Origin: Bythopirellula sp.
GTDB taxonomy: Bacteria > Planctomycetota > Planctomycetia > Pirellulales > Lacipirellulaceae
Length of the DNA stretch: 64,000 nt
Reading direction: 5' to 3'
Assembly: GCA_965216565.1 (NCBI GenBank)
Contig: OZ244170.1
Coordinates: 2,048,001 to 2,112,000 of the forward strand
Shown: positions 50,171 through 61,248 of the stretch, piece by piece
Layout of the letters: each line of letters starts with the position of its first letter
Position numbering within the stretch: the first letter of the stretch is position 1
Translations under genes and position numbers: made by a program
Notes under the pieces: generated by a model
Told to the model about the DNA's origin: nothing
Database searches by the model: none
What the model saw: only the letters and a program-made list of their open reading frames with translations

Positions 50171-51553
50171 ATGAGAGCCCTAAGCTTAGCAGTACTACTT
50201 GTCTTAACGCTTTTCGCGTCCCCGGCTATCGCTGAGAATACTAAGCCGAATGTCTTGTTCATCGCAATCGATGATCTGCGTCCCGAACTCGGCTGCTATG
50301 GCAATGCGGTTGTGAAGTCGCCGAATATCGACAAGCTGGCATCACATGGAATGAGGTTTGATCGAGCGTATTGCCAGGTCGCGGTATGCGGTGCCTCTCG
50401 TGCCAGTATGATGACTAGCATCCTCCCAACAAGCACGCGCTTTACACGCTTCAATTCACGAGCGGATGAAGATACCCCTGGTGCTATTACCATGGCCCAG
50501 GTTTTCAAAGAAGCCGGATATACCACTTTGGCAAATGGCAAAATCTTCCACGTCAGCTCCGATACAGCCGAGCGTAGCTGGAGCCGACCCGTCCAAGCTC
50601 CGGGGATAGCTCACACAAAATACCTTGATCCCACTACAGGCAGTGTGATGTCTGAGGAAGGCCACGGACTTTTCTTTGAATGCGTTGAGGCAGCTGACGA
50701 GGAATATGGAGATGGAATTGTAGCCCAAGACACCATCGCCGACCTGCGCAGACTCAAGCAATCTGGAGAACCCTTTTTCTTAGCCTGCGGGTTTATACGT
50801 CCGCACCTTCCCTTCTATGCTCCGAAGAAATATTGGGATCTTTACGATGAAGCAACCCTTCCGCTCGCCACCAACCAATACCGACCTCAAGATGCCCCGA
50901 AATCACTGCGAGGGTTCAAGGAATACGCCGTCTATTTCTTGGATGATTACGAGCCGGGGACGGAAGCCTTTCATCGAAAGATGCGTCACGGATACTACGC
51001 TGCGACCAGCTATGCTGACAAACTGACGGGCGATGTGCTGAACGAGCTCGAAGCGTTGGGTTTAGCTGACAATACCATCGTCGTCATTTGGGGAGATCAT
51101 GGCTGGCACCTCGGCGAGCATGACTTCTGGGGAAAGCACAACACTCTGCACAATGCACTTCGCATTCCGCTCATCGTAAAAGTGCCAGGGAAAACGGCCG
51201 GTACTTCCGAGTCACTGGTGCAGGCAGTCGACATCTTTCCAACTCTTTGCTCACTCGCGGGACTCGACGTCCCGAATTCGGTTCAAGGGTATAGTTTCGA
51301 ATCGCTACTGGATGATCCAAAAAAGAATATCTATGACGATGTCTATTCCCGCTTCAAGAATGCCGATGCCGTGGTCACGCATCGCTTTACTTATTCGCTG
51401 TTCGCGAATGGTGAAGAGATGCTTTTTGACCTGGAAAAGGACCCAGAAGAAAATCGTAACCTAGCCAATCGGCCGGACTATGCCAGCACTCTTCAGGCCA
51501 TGCGAAGTAAGCTGAAAGACCGGGTCAAGCTCGCGAAAGCAGCCACCTACTAA
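50171..51553 (+). CDS. Sulfatase S1 (iduronate-2-sulfatase-like)
   Basis: PNVLFIAIDDLRP, VCGASRAS, GKIFH, RPHLPF, WGDHGWHLGEH..WGKH. Confidence 0.92.
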   Translation: MRALSLAVLLVLTLFASPAIAENTKPNVLFIAIDDLRPELGCYGNAVVKSPNIDKLASHGMRFDRAYCQVAVCGASRASMMTSILPTSTRFTRFNSRADEDTPGAITMAQVFKEAGYTTLANGKIFHVSSDTAERSWSRPVQAPGIAHTKYLDPTTGSVMSEEGHGLFFECVEAADEEYGDGIVAQDTIADLRRLKQSGEPFFLACGFIRPHLPFYAPKKYWDLYDEATLPLATNQYRPQDAPKSLRGFKEYAVYFLDDYEPGTEAFHRKMRHGYYAATSYADKLTGDVLNELEALGLADNTIVVIWGDHGWHLGEHDFWGKHNTLHNALRIPLIVKVPGKTAGTSESLVQAVDIFPTLCSLAGLDVPNSVQGYSFESLLDDPKKNIYDDVYSRFKNADAVVTHRFTYSLFANGEEMLFDLEKDPEENRNLANRPDYASTLQAMRSKLKDRVKLAKAATY

Positions 51554-51640
51554 TTGCAGAGTTTCGGCAGAAAACTGCTCCTGTAGAGGATCAATAGAGC
51601 ACTTAGAGGAACTTTTTTGAACCCGTTCGGTTGCAATAAA

Positions 51641-51681
51641 CATGCAAGGGAGGCGTACTGCCCCGACGCTCCCCTTGCATG
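51641..51681 (-). terminator. Hairpin terminator between convergent genes
   Basis: CATGCAAGGGAGGCGT...ACGCTCCCCTTGCATG. Confidence 0.65.
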
Positions 51682-51728
51682 CTGCTATTGTGACTAGCAC
51701 GAAAGCGTATCTCTCGCTCGAGAGTCAA

Positions 51729-53573
51729 TTAGTTGGCACGTCTCCGAATGAAGGCTGCCGAGAGTGCCATCCCAAGGAGTGCCAACGAGCTGGGCTCCGG
51801 AACAGCACTCACTGCCGACAAACCTCCTACACCGTAGTTGGATTGCCAAGTTGGGATCTGCGAGGGGTCGTTTACTTGCCAACCCAAGAAGTCGAGCCCG
51901 TCTACATCTCCATCTCCGTCGAAATCACCGGGGACCGTAGTAACTAGAGCGGCAATTGCTGCCACGTCGGCGGCGTCGAAGGTATCGAACGGGGCGGCCA
52001 AATCGAACTCAGATAGATTCAGAGCCTCCAATATTTCGGACGCCAGGTTGCCGCTTCCGGTGTTGAGTAGAGTACTCTGACGAACGGCTGCCGTATCGCC
52101 ACCATTTCCGTCTAGGTAGAGCTGTGCCAAATTGACGTCGGCTTGCGTGACCAATCCGTCCTTGTTGACGTCACCGGCTACAAAGCCACTCAAAGCTAGC
52201 GAGAAGTTATCGAGCCGCGTTTGAGAAACAATCGCAGTGGTGGCATGGTCGTTCGGAGTGACAGTTCCTCCAGGAAAGCCGGGAATGGAAGTAGTGTTAA
52301 CGGCCTGAGCAATCAGGTTCACCTCACCACTATCTTGTGCCGCCTTCAGATCGGAACCACTGATGGTCAGGGTTTGTGTACTCCCTGGCGTGATGTTGGG
52401 CAACAGCTGACTGAAGAGTGAGCCATTCACGGCAGTATTGGGATTGGTGGAGTTAGTTCCAGTGGTCAAAGCAACGGTGAGAGTTGTGCTTCCATCATTG
52501 AAAGCGTAGTCGACATCGAAAGAGAGCTCATACGTTGCATTCGGATCAACCGTCACACCGTTAAGAATATCTGTCTGCGTCATACCATTCAGGTAGCCTG
52601 CTGCAGAGTTTAGCGAGAAGCGTTCCGAGGTGGTGCTCCAGTGGGTATCGAGATAGTAGGAGCCTTGATTGCCGCTGCCAGCATTGAGGAGATTTAGCCC
52701 AGTACCATCAGGGCCGTTTACAGCTGCAACAATCCCATCCGGGTCGTTGTTGTAGGGTGCCCAGTGATCGACATCCACGGCACTTCCACGGAAGGGGCCG
52801 AAGTGGCCATGCCCTCCGTTAATGTTAGCCGCTGTTGAATTTGAGCCAGTCGCTAAGCCAGTAACGTCAGAGAGGTCGCCGTTTTGAACGATATTGGCAG
52901 GAGAAATAGCGGGGAAGGGTTGGATGCTGTTACTACGGCCCAGTACGATGTTGTCAAACGACATCTCGGTGCCAATAGCGGAGTTTTCTCTAATTGGGTC
53001 GATTCGAAGTTCTTTGACATTCATCGCCCACGTACCATCGCTTACATCGTGCTGCACGGTATAGGTGTGATATTGGCCGTCTGTTTGGAGCTCCGGAGCC
53101 GTATCACCGCTTGACGTCCAAGTTCCAGTGCCCGTATTCACATAGAAGTGCACGTTACTCGGACTTCCTGAGACGGGTACCATGAACTGTTGCCCACGCA
53201 CGGCGGAATCCGAGATCGCAGCTCCGGGTAGGCTATCGAAGCGTAGGTCGAATTGCACAATGTCATACTGCCCAGGAAGGTCGCCAATTACGAAGGATTG
53301 TCCCGTTAGTCTTAGATAGGGGTCGTTGGCTGTAGTTGGAGTAATGTTTCGAAGATCGTTGTTGTTTGGATCGAGACCTCCAAAGTCGCTGCTGGGGTCT
53401 TGCTTCCAACCCTGAACAGTTCCATCATCGAAGTCACCGCGGACTAGTATGTCACTTACTACAGGGGCAGGGTTGCCATTGGGATCGAATCCGTCCAAAT
53501 AAGTAACCGCTGCCTGGGCAGAGCTTACGGCCAATACAATCGTGAAGCAGCTTAACGCCTGAAGAACTCTCAT
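51729..53573 (-). CDS. PEP-CTERM protein with dockerin-like motifs, unknown function
   Basis: Signal peptide; LRIDP beta-sandwich motif; GDVNKDG, GDFDGDGDVDGLDF; VPEP...RRRAN. Confidence 0.88.
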   Translation of the reverse strand: MRVLQALSCFTIVLAVSSAQAAVTYLDGFDPNGNPAPVVSDILVRGDFDDGTVQGWKQDPSSDFGGLDPNNNDLRNITPTTANDPYLRLTGQSFVIGDLPGQYDIVQFDLRFDSLPGAAISDSAVRGQQFMVPVSGSPSNVHFYVNTGTGTWTSSGDTAPELQTDGQYHTYTVQHDVSDGTWAMNVKELRIDPIRENSAIGTEMSFDNIVLGRSNSIQPFPAISPANIVQNGDLSDVTGLATGSNSTAANINGGHGHFGPFRGSAVDVDHWAPYNNDPDGIVAAVNGPDGTGLNLLNAGSGNQGSYYLDTHWSTTSERFSLNSAAGYLNGMTQTDILNGVTVDPNATYELSFDVDYAFNDGSTTLTVALTTGTNSTNPNTAVNGSLFSQLLPNITPGSTQTLTISGSDLKAAQDSGEVNLIAQAVNTTSIPGFPGGTVTPNDHATTAIVSQTRLDNFSLALSGFVAGDVNKDGLVTQADVNLAQLYLDGNGGDTAAVRQSTLLNTGSGNLASEILEALNLSEFDLAAPFDTFDAADVAAIAALVTTVPGDFDGDGDVDGLDFLGWQVNDPSQIPTWQSNYGVGGLSAVSAVPEPSSLALLGMALSAAFIRRRAN

Positions 53574-53749
53574 CTTAGATCCCCTCCGAGTACAAGAACC
53601 AATTTTCTATGTCTGAAGAATCAGGACAACTTGACTGGCATCGCTCTAGCCATGCCAATGTCGTCAATTGAAACAAAGTGTTTGAAAAAAGTCCGTCAGG
53701 ACGAATGAAAAGGGCAGTCTATCGGGCAAGTCGCCCGATCCACCTTAGA

Positions 53750-53774
53750 ACGACCGAGGGGACACAACTTAGAC
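53750..53774 (-). promoter_or_regulatory. Putative ECF promoter, motif 2
   Basis: GTCTA-N17-CGT(TCTA). Confidence 0.6.
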
Positions 53775-53970
53775 AGAAAATCTTCGATGTTTTCAAAAAA
53801 GAAATGCGCGTGCTAGAGCTTGCTTACTTGAAACGCTAGGGCTGACTTTCGTTGCGGCGCAACACTACGAATAGCCATAGAGGCCCATGAAGAAATACTG
53901 TGATACCACGTCGGTCGCTAAGATAATTCTCAGTCGAGGTCGATGGCCAGTTCATCCAGACCTGCAGTGT

Positions 53971-55017
53971 TTATTTGGGGCCGTCAGTCTGGAGCGACGC
54001 TAGTCTGCTGCGATATTCCGTCAAGTTCTCTGCTTTGACAGCTAAACAAGGTATGTAGCGAGTGCTAGGCACGGCAAAGAGTCCTGCAGAAGCCTGTTGC
54101 TCGTTCTTCGAAAACTCCACCAACGCCTTCACTACTTCGTATCCGTATTCGTACGGCGTTTGCGCAACAGTTGCATAGATGTGGCCTGCCTCGATCCCAG
54201 CGAGAGTCGGGGCTTGGTCATCGAAAGTAACTAACTTGACGTCACCAAGTTTTTGCCCCTCCTCGAGGGCTTTCAAGCACATTGGCCCGTTGTAGCCGTA
54301 CAGGGCGATCATCCCTGCAAGGTCGGGATGCTCTTCTAGGGCACGGGTGGCATTCTCTTTTGCCGCTGCCGGCTTCATGCCATCGACATAGGTGGCAACA
54401 ATCGTAAAATCGCCCGCCTCAATTGGTTGGCCAATGGGATCGAGGTTCGCACCGGGCGTTCTTGCGATTCCTTTTAAGGCATCCACCAAACCTTGCCTAC
54501 GAAGCTGCGCATTCTGGCGATCGTGTGTTCCGACAAATAACGCGATTTTTCCCCCCTCAGGTAGCGCTTCCCTGATGAGTTGCCCACACAATGTGCCGGC
54601 TACATAGTTGTTTGTACCTACATGGCGATGGCAAACAGCTTCCGGAGTTTCGTTGTCATAAGTGACTACTTTGGTGCGGGTTGCCAGGGAACTAATAATT
54701 CGTGCCTGTTCTCCTGGTTGTAGAGGACTAATGGCAACTCCATGGAAATCGCTCGGGTCGAATTTCATCAGCAGTTCGGTCTGGCTTGAGGCACCTTCCT
54801 CTGGAACGATGAACTCGAGGCTTGCTTTGAATTGCTTGGCAGCATCTTTTGCCCCACTAGAAACTTGTTTACGGAATGGCTCTGAGCCTCCCAGGACAAC
54901 TGCAATACGAGGGTTTTCAGATGTACTTGGCGTATCAACTTCGCCTTGATTGTAGGAATAAGCGACGAAGACAGCCAAACACACCGACACCCAAAACCAG
55001 ATATTCTTGATCACCAT
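53971..55017 (-). CDS. Sugar-binding periplasmic protein (RbsB-like), stand-alone
   Basis: GVAISP, VGTNNYVAG, NAQLRRQG, FDD...TLAGI, VAQTPYEYG. Confidence 0.88.
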   Translation of the reverse strand: MVIKNIWFWVSVCLAVFVAYSYNQGEVDTPSTSENPRIAVVLGGSEPFRKQVSSGAKDAAKQFKASLEFIVPEEGASSQTELLMKFDPSDFHGVAISPLQPGEQARIISSLATRTKVVTYDNETPEAVCHRHVGTNNYVAGTLCGQLIREALPEGGKIALFVGTHDRQNAQLRRQGLVDALKGIARTPGANLDPIGQPIEAGDFTIVATYVDGMKPAAAKENATRALEEHPDLAGMIALYGYNGPMCLKALEEGQKLGDVKLVTFDDQAPTLAGIEAGHIYATVAQTPYEYGYEVVKALVEFSKNEQQASAGLFAVPSTRYIPCLAVKAENLTEYRSRLASLQTDGPK

Positions 55018-55366
55018 GTACCTCTAGTTATTCGTAAAATGTGAGTTGGATGTGTGGGGTTAGAATAATAAATCTAGGGGCCGACTCCCCAAGCAAGTTC
55101 TGGTGCCCTAGTAGCAATGTACAATAATGCAGTCTTAGGAATGGATTTCAACTCGCAACGCGGCGGTCGACGGACTCGAAAGCCATCAAGCAGAGAGGCC
55201 CTATCAATTAGATTCATCGAGTCCGTCGAGGCCCGTTAGCAAGTCCGAACACCTTCCCTACGAAAGCCTGGGATTCAAAGCATCGCTGCGCCCATCAATC
55301 GACTGCTCAAAATCCGTAAGCTACCTACTGTGGTCTTGTGTTAGCGGCATTTTCCTCTGTTGAGTT

Positions 55367-55391
55367 ACGTCCTAGCAACCGGATTGTGGAC
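55367..55391 (-). promoter_or_regulatory. Putative ECF promoter, motif 2, for the sugar-binding protein
   Basis: GTCCA-N17-CGT on the minus strand, back-to-back with the 55413 site. Confidence 0.6.
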
Positions 55392-55412
55392 AGAAATATT
55401 CACATTTTTTTT

Positions 55413-55437
55413 GTCCACCATCACCCGCATATTGCGT
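55413..55437 (+). promoter_or_regulatory. Putative ECF promoter, motif 2, for DUF1559 gene
   Basis: GTCCA-N17-CGT. Confidence 0.6.
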
Positions 55438-55613
55438 GTTTTGTAGGAGGTTAAGAGCAAAGCTGCTTCTTAATGGCTCGGCAGAAAGGTGCTTCAAGGA
55501 AGAATCACTGACAGATGATTTGACCTGTAATAATCGATGTTGAGCACCCAAATGCGACAATACCAAGCTGGGCTTGAAAAGAGGCCCTCCCTAAACACAA
55601 AACGGATTACACC

Positions 55614-56663
55614 ATGAATCGATTTAGAAGAAGCAACCCTCTTCAGGTATCTAGCAACTACAGCCTTCGTATGGGTGGATTTACGCTCGTCGAACTGCTG
55701 GTTGTGATCGCCATTATTGGCGTATTGGTCGCTTTGTTGCTGCCTGCCGTTCAGGCAGCGCGTGAGGCCGCACGCCGTGCGCAATGTCAGAATCATTTGA
55801 GACAGCTTGGGATTGCCTGTCAAAACTATGCGTCGGCACGCAAGAGTTTTCCGCCTGCGAACGGAAAGTTGTCTCCTGACGAGGAGAAACGTAATAGCCG
55901 CGATGTAGGAAATTGGAGCTATCTTGCTTTTTTGACTCCCTATGTTGAGCAGGAGAATCTGAAGGACCTTTTAGACCCGAAGTTCGCATACGATCGACAA
56001 ACTCCTGAGGTCCGTGAGTTTTTAAATACGACTCCCATTCCGGGTTTCAAGTGTCCGTCATTCGCTTCTGAGCAACCGGTGATTATTGGTGACTTTGGAA
56101 TGGGAAATGAGTTTGAGACTCTAGGAACTGCCACGCATTACCTCGCCGTGCTGGGTGCCAATCTCGATGAGTACACGGGGACCGATCTCGTGCCCGGTTG
56201 TGGGGCAGGAAACCGTGTTAATGAGAGTAGTCCCTACACAATGCTAGAGAATTCTTCCGGTAACGGGCGATGCCATACTGGTGGCGAAGGGAAAGTTGCA
56301 ATCAATGGAGTGATCACTTTTCAGGGCAAGGTCGACTTCCGCAACATTACGGACGGCACCAGCCATACGTTTATCATCGGCGAGACGGGATTTGGCGAAC
56401 CCGAGGAGCAACGGACACGCGGCTGGTGGATCGGGGCTGCCACAACTTGGTTCTACAACGCCCACAATCTTACCTATCCCCTGAATAGTGCTCCAATGCG
56501 TGGCCCGCGACGAAACGAACTCGGTTTTGGGTCCGTGCATCCGGGAGGTTGTCATTTTGCGATGGCTGATGGATCGGTGCATTTTATCCAAGAAGACATT
56601 AGGCTCCGAGACCTCTACGCATTTGCAAGTCGTGCAGGGAATGAGGTTATGAACATTCCCTAG
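55614..56663 (+). CDS. DUF1559 protein
   Basis: [10 protein letters not shown]...; ITDGTSHT; HPGGCHFAMADGSV. Confidence 0.92.
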   Translation: MNRFRRSNPLQVSSNYSLRMGGFTLVELLVVIAIIGVLVALLLPAVQAAREAARRAQCQNHLRQLGIACQNYASARKSFPPANGKLSPDEEKRNSRDVGNWSYLAFLTPYVEQENLKDLLDPKFAYDRQTPEVREFLNTTPIPGFKCPSFASEQPVIIGDFGMGNEFETLGTATHYLAVLGANLDEYTGTDLVPGCGAGNRVNESSPYTMLENSSGNGRCHTGGEGKVAINGVITFQGKVDFRNITDGTSHTFIIGETGFGEPEEQRTRGWWIGAATTWFYNAHNLTYPLNSAPMRGPRRNELGFGSVHPGGCHFAMADGSVHFIQEDIRLRDLYAFASRAGNEVMNIP

Positions 56664-56728
56664 TTGACCGCCCCCTAGGAGACTGCCGGTCTAATCAAGA
56701 GAACTTGCTAGGCAGTTGTATCTGTCGA

Positions 56729-59700
56729 TCATCGAAGGGGCAGAGCGACTACCTTTCCCAGATGCAGCCGTACTGATTGACTTAGTCCAGCGAAATCTAG
56801 TGGCGATTTAGGAGGGGGGGTGTGAAAGGTCCAAGTCTTGCGTTGTGTCTTAGGCAATTCTGCGTCATAAGCCAGGCGGTTATGCCAGGTGTTTGTGACA
56901 GATACGGTCAGTTCGTTTTCTCCTGCTGTGACGTACTTGGTGATGTCCTGGCGAAACGGCGCGGCCCACATTACTCCAGCCTCTTGCCCATTTATTTCGA
57001 CTTTCGCAATGTTTCCCACCCGACCAAGGTCTAACATCAGTCGCTCATCAGCTTTCAGTTGACTGTGCGAGAATACTGTTCGATACGTCGCAGTACCAGA
57101 AAAGTGACGAGTTGCTTTGTCCCTCAGTTCAGACCACGGTTTGATATGGTTGAGTTCCACCGATTTCTTCGTATCCCATCCTGAGGGAAACTCCAAGGTC
57201 CAATTCTCTTTGAGTGGTATCATTTTTGTTCCAGCGATGTTCACGGAAGAAGTTTCTTTGTTAGTTCGCGTAAACCGATACTCTCCGTCATTCCAAGCAA
57301 CTAGGGTCTGACCACTTTCGACTAGATCGAATGTTAGTGGGTTCGGTTCAACCCAAGGTTGGATTGGCTCGGTGCGAGACAGACCAAAAGGTGGAAACGG
57401 GCCGGCAGTGTCTTTGCGACTTTGGTCGCTGGCGTCCGTAAGAACTTTGCCGTCAAGCTCGACCCTTTGGATTGACGGCTGCGTTTGGCCCGTTCGAAAT
57501 ACCAGGAATGCGGAACCGGCTACAGGCAAACGCATCGGAATTGTGGTGCCCTGGTCATCACTATGGAAGACTGAAATTGGGCTAACTTCGCCGCTGATAG
57601 GATCCCAAATTTCGGGCACACCCTTGGCGCGAAACTTAAGATTCGCAACAAGGGGTACTGTCCGATCTCCAATCACAAAATAGATATCTGTGTCGTCAAC
57701 ACGACGATGGCACCATCTTGCGGGAAGAACCCCACTCACATCGGGCAGGATTTCTAGCTTCTCGAGCGAATGTGCCAGATCACCTCCCCAGAGCAACCTC
57801 CCTTTGCCAATGCGACGGTCACCCGTCTCCGTAGGCTCATTTCCCCAGAGCTCTTCTGTTAGAGATTGAAATGCCTCTTCGGCTTTTGCTCCATTAGTCA
57901 AGGAGGGATTCATTATGGGTGCTTCACCAACAACAGTCGCACCAGCAGTCAGAAGCTCTTTGATCTTTGCAAGCGTGCTGGACGTAAGCCTTTGGCATTG
58001 CTCGCTCGGGAGCCATAGCACCCGCCAACTCGTACCCTCGGGCACAACCAACTCTCCATCGCGAACCGTAAGTCGAGTCTGCAATGCGTCGGCATTCAGG
58101 TAATCGAAGTGGTATCCAGAAGGAAACGGTGCATTCTGCCTGGGCCTGTGATCGATATCATCACCGAGGTACCACAGTACATCGGCAACGGGTTGCCCCT
58201 GCTCGAGCATGGTCCCGCATCGCGATAGATATTCGGTGAATAACGGCATATGCTTCCACCACGTTTGCCCGCGCAGAAAAGGGGTGCCGATCCGATTGCC
58301 GAATGATGTTCCAGGCACCCGGTCGAGAGGATTGTGCGTGTAGGTATGAAATACTAAATGCGTCACACCGAGAGCAAAACTGCGGTCCGCAAGATGCTTC
58401 AGTGCGAATGGATGCTCGCGCCAATCTATCGGAATGCTAGTGAACGACTCAGCCGCGACGCGCGGTTTTCCATAGATGTGTGCCGCCGATGCAGTAACCG
58501 CGATTGGCTTGGCCTCTAATCCCCCATCGTGCGGATCATTCGGCTGCCAAAACTCACACATCGGGACGTCTGCCGCTTTGTAGTACTCCAATATGTCGCC
58601 GGGCGACACGTCCCCAACAGATGTTTCAAACGATAATTGCAGATCACGCTCGTGCCCCAGCTTAGCCAATCGCCCGTAATAGTTCTCGACAATCAAATCG
58701 CTGATCGTCGCCCGCCAGTCTCGCAAAAAGCGTTCGCTGGTCTGGTGATCGTTCACTACCCAGCCCGCCAAAGCCGGTAGCCAAGGACGCAATGCATATC
58801 CTCTGCGACTCTCAAACTCCTGCTCCATCGCTGGTGTCCAGGTTTGGGTGTAGCATTCCCAGCTATCGATCAACATGCCATGCAGTCGGCCGGCATCGGC
58901 TGCGCCACCAGGTTTGGATAATCGACCAATGTATCCTTCAAAGTGTTGGTCTGCCCCAACAGTCGAGAGTTTGTCACATTCAAAGCCGGTTGCCTCGGGG
59001 GGGGCTGGTTTATTCTTAACCCCGGTGTTGACGTGACCAAATCGGGTTACTATCCAGTCACCGGGCGGTGCATCCCAATTCAAATGCCCCGACCGACCGA
59101 CGTAGTCGGTCAAATCAATCACGGATTCTCTTTTTATCCAGGCACCAGGTGACTGGATTGGGTTGGAGGCTCGCTCAAGGCTCCTTAATGCATAGCCAGC
59201 CTGTGCTCGCCAGTCTTGTGTTCGTGCCAATGCGGAAAGACGAAGGTAGGAAATCTCCATCGGTCGGTTGTTGTAGAAATCGATTCGATAGTGAGTGGAC
59301 TTCGCATCGGGAACGGCCAACACATACGGATACTCACTCTGCCGATCTTGCCAGGTGCCTCGAGGTACAACGTGTCGAACCAATTCTCTCCAGACACTAC
59401 CATCTTGGATGCAGACGGCAATCGTTGTATCTGGATCAAAGTTCGCACGCTTCATCAGGTGTTCAATCGGCGGCAACTCGATTGATCTCACAGTTGTGGG
59501 ATTCTTAAAGGTAAGTTCTAACTGTGCGGGCTTGTCTCCAACGGGGATCTGAACCACTGCTTCATTTCCAGCCAGCCAGTCATTCCATGCCGGATCGGGC
59601 GGGTTGCTGACAACTTTTTCTGGCATCAACCACGCCTCGCTATTGCCTTCAGGAGCAGGGAAAGCGAGTACTGCGATATCCTTGTAATCTCGCCAATCTT

Positions 59701-60208
59701 CTTCGCTGGGTTGGGGAACTTTCAGGTCGATCGAAATATGCCTGCCGCCAATGATGCTGTGGCGACTAGAAATGAGGTGACGCATTGCCTTGTCGGGGGT
59801 GATCCAAGGGCCCCCAGACATCGCCCAACCAGGACAATTTTGCATCGTGAATCGAAGCCCCAAACGCTCGGTCTCGTCTGCGACGTGGCTAATCAGTGAG
59901 TCCCAGGTCGGGCTGAGGGTTTGGATTTGGGGTTCCACGCCCGGCCATGGTCGTCCTTTTCCGTGGAACAACTGGATCCCGCTGATACCCGCCTGATGAA
60001 CTGCTGCTAGGTCTTTCGTCAACGCACCTTTGTCAACGTTGCCCCCAATCAAGTGGAACCATGTCTCTGGAAACGAGTCGCGAGGAGGGGACCTGAAGGT
60101 AGTTGCCAGTTGCGACTCATCTAATCCTTTTGCAGGAGACAGGCTGCAAGCAGCTATGCTAATAGTGATCGCAGATACAATTCGAATAATATGACAGTGT
60201 TTCTTCAT
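56729..60208 (-). CDS. GH106 alpha-L-rhamnosidase-like glycoside hydrolase
   Basis: PETWFHLIGGN, GWAMSGGPWI, GFECDKL, DSWE, MCEFW, SAAHIYGK..VAAESFT, LDLGRV. Confidence 0.88.
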   Translation of the reverse strand: MKKHCHIIRIVSAITISIAACSLSPAKGLDESQLATTFRSPPRDSFPETWFHLIGGNVDKGALTKDLAAVHQAGISGIQLFHGKGRPWPGVEPQIQTLSPTWDSLISHVADETERLGLRFTMQNCPGWAMSGGPWITPDKAMRHLISSRHSIIGGRHISIDLKVPQPSEEDWRDYKDIAVLAFPAPEGNSEAWLMPEKVVSNPPDPAWNDWLAGNEAVVQIPVGDKPAQLELTFKNPTTVRSIELPPIEHLMKRANFDPDTTIAVCIQDGSVWRELVRHVVPRGTWQDRQSEYPYVLAVPDAKSTHYRIDFYNNRPMEISYLRLSALARTQDWRAQAGYALRSLERASNPIQSPGAWIKRESVIDLTDYVGRSGHLNWDAPPGDWIVTRFGHVNTGVKNKPAPPEATGFECDKLSTVGADQHFEGYIGRLSKPGGAADAGRLHGMLIDSWECYTQTWTPAMEQEFESRRGYALRPWLPALAGWVVNDHQTSERFLRDWRATISDLIVENYYGRLAKLGHERDLQLSFETSVGDVSPGDILEYYKAADVPMCEFWQPNDPHDGGLEAKPIAVTASAAHIYGKPRVAAESFTSIPIDWREHPFALKHLADRSFALGVTHLVFHTYTHNPLDRVPGTSFGNRIGTPFLRGQTWWKHMPLFTEYLSRCGTMLEQGQPVADVLWYLGDDIDHRPRQNAPFPSGYHFDYLNADALQTRLTVRDGELVVPEGTSWRVLWLPSEQCQRLTSSTLAKIKELLTAGATVVGEAPIMNPSLTNGAKAEEAFQSLTEELWGNEPTETGDRRIGKGRLLWGGDLAHSLEKLEILPDVSGVLPARWCHRRVDDTDIYFVIGDRTVPLVANLKFRAKGVPEIWDPISGEVSPISVFHSDDQGTTIPMRLPVAGSAFLVFRTGQTQPSIQRVELDGKVLTDASDQSRKDTAGPFPPFGLSRTEPIQPWVEPNPLTFDLVESGQTLVAWNDGEYRFTRTNKETSSVNIAGTKMIPLKENWTLEFPSGWDTKKSVELNHIKPWSELRDKATRHFSGTATYRTVFSHSQLKADERLMLDLGRVGNIAKVEINGQEAGVMWAAPFRQDITKYVTAGENELTVSVTNTWHNRLAYDAELPKTQRKTWTFHTPPPKSPLDFAGLSQSVRLHLGKVVALPLR

Positions 60209-60358
60209 TGAATGACCATGAACGGATCTTTTGAGACATGCGATTTAAATCATCTCTACAATCTTCCGCCGCGACTCCAAACCGCAATCCTGTTTTCTAT
60301 ACCAGTCAGTTAGACAATCTTGCGTTGGGAAGGAGGATTTGAATGTCCAAGTTCGGCA

Positions 60359-60859
60359 TCAATTCGTGGACAACTCAATCGGCAATTCGTTGTCGGTATC
60401 GGGCTTTACCGTCACAGTGAGTCCAGAAGTCCGCGCACTCGTATAATGCCGCGGGATTATTTTCGCGGTGACGGAGAGGGGCATCCCTTCCTGCGGAGGC
60501 GGTGGAAGTACAGAAACGGCATGCGACCCGATTTGCGCCCCATCGCTATCCGTGTCAGTACCCAAGATAAATGTGCCATCCGTCTGGATACTCCCCTTGG
60601 CCATCTTGCCTTCTACTGGTGTCACAAATACGAAACCCTCAGTCAACGGCTTTCCGTCAAGAGTTACAAAGCCATGCACCGGGGCTAAACCATCTCTTGA
60701 GCCTCCACACCCAACTAGGCCCATTGTGCCAATTACTAAAGGCAATAGGATTCGACGTGTACTCGGCGTTAGCCCAGAGTCAACTGTCGAAGCTTTAATG
60801 TTGGATCCCTGGGAACGTTCGTTTCGCGGACTCACCACGTAGCAAATGTCTCCGACCAT
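60359..60859 (-). CDS. Carboxypeptidase-regulatory-like lipoprotein (start uncertain)
   Basis: LVGC lipobox; APVHGFVTLDGKPL; DGAQIGSHAV; paralog of 61249-61752. Confidence 0.8.
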   Translation of the reverse strand: MVGDICYVVSPRNERSQGSNIKASTVDSGLTPSTRRILLPLVIGTMGLVGCGGSRDGLAPVHGFVTLDGKPLTEGFVFVTPVEGKMAKGSIQTDGTFILGTDTDSDGAQIGSHAVSVLPPPPQEGMPLSVTAKIIPRHYTSARTSGLTVTVKPDTDNELPIELSTN

Positions 60860-60902
60860 GTTAAAGTTCTTCCCAGTTGCGCTAGTGATCAATGGGCATA
60901 GG

Positions 60903-61200
60903 TCAATGATTATCGGGACACGCGACTCGAGAGCGGCAGTGTTTTCTGCAGGCTATCGATAGGCCTGCTAGTATCATTGCGATTGATTCCGGAACGCCGG
61001 TTACATTAAGAAGAAAAGTGTTTCCGTAAGCCATTTGCCATTCGATCAAATCTTCTCAGCTAAATGGACTGGGCGAATCGCCAACTTGCCAGTTTAAGAA
61101 ATCCAGCCCGTCAATATTGGCGTTGCTGTCGAAGTCGCCCGGAGTGAGAACCGTCAGTGTGCCGCCACCTGTGAATCTTCCGCTGGTTCCAAGAATCTGT
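60903..61200 (-). pseudogene. Decayed 3' end of a dockerin-like/PEP-CTERM gene
   Basis: FTGGGTLTVLTPGDFDSNANIDGLDFLNWQVGDSPSPFS*EDLIEWQMAYG...VPESIAMILAGLSIACRKHCRSR; in-frame TGA at 61056-61058. Confidence 0.75.
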
Positions 61201-61248
61201 TGACCGAACCGAGCTGCCCAGATGGGCCGCCCGCCAAGAATTCGAATC

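Noticed and set aside
60291..60315. Ninth motif-2 promoter upstream of GH106
   Set aside because: The GTCTA half-site is present but there is no CGT at N17. The half-sites near 1710, 2883 and 12870 fail in the same way.
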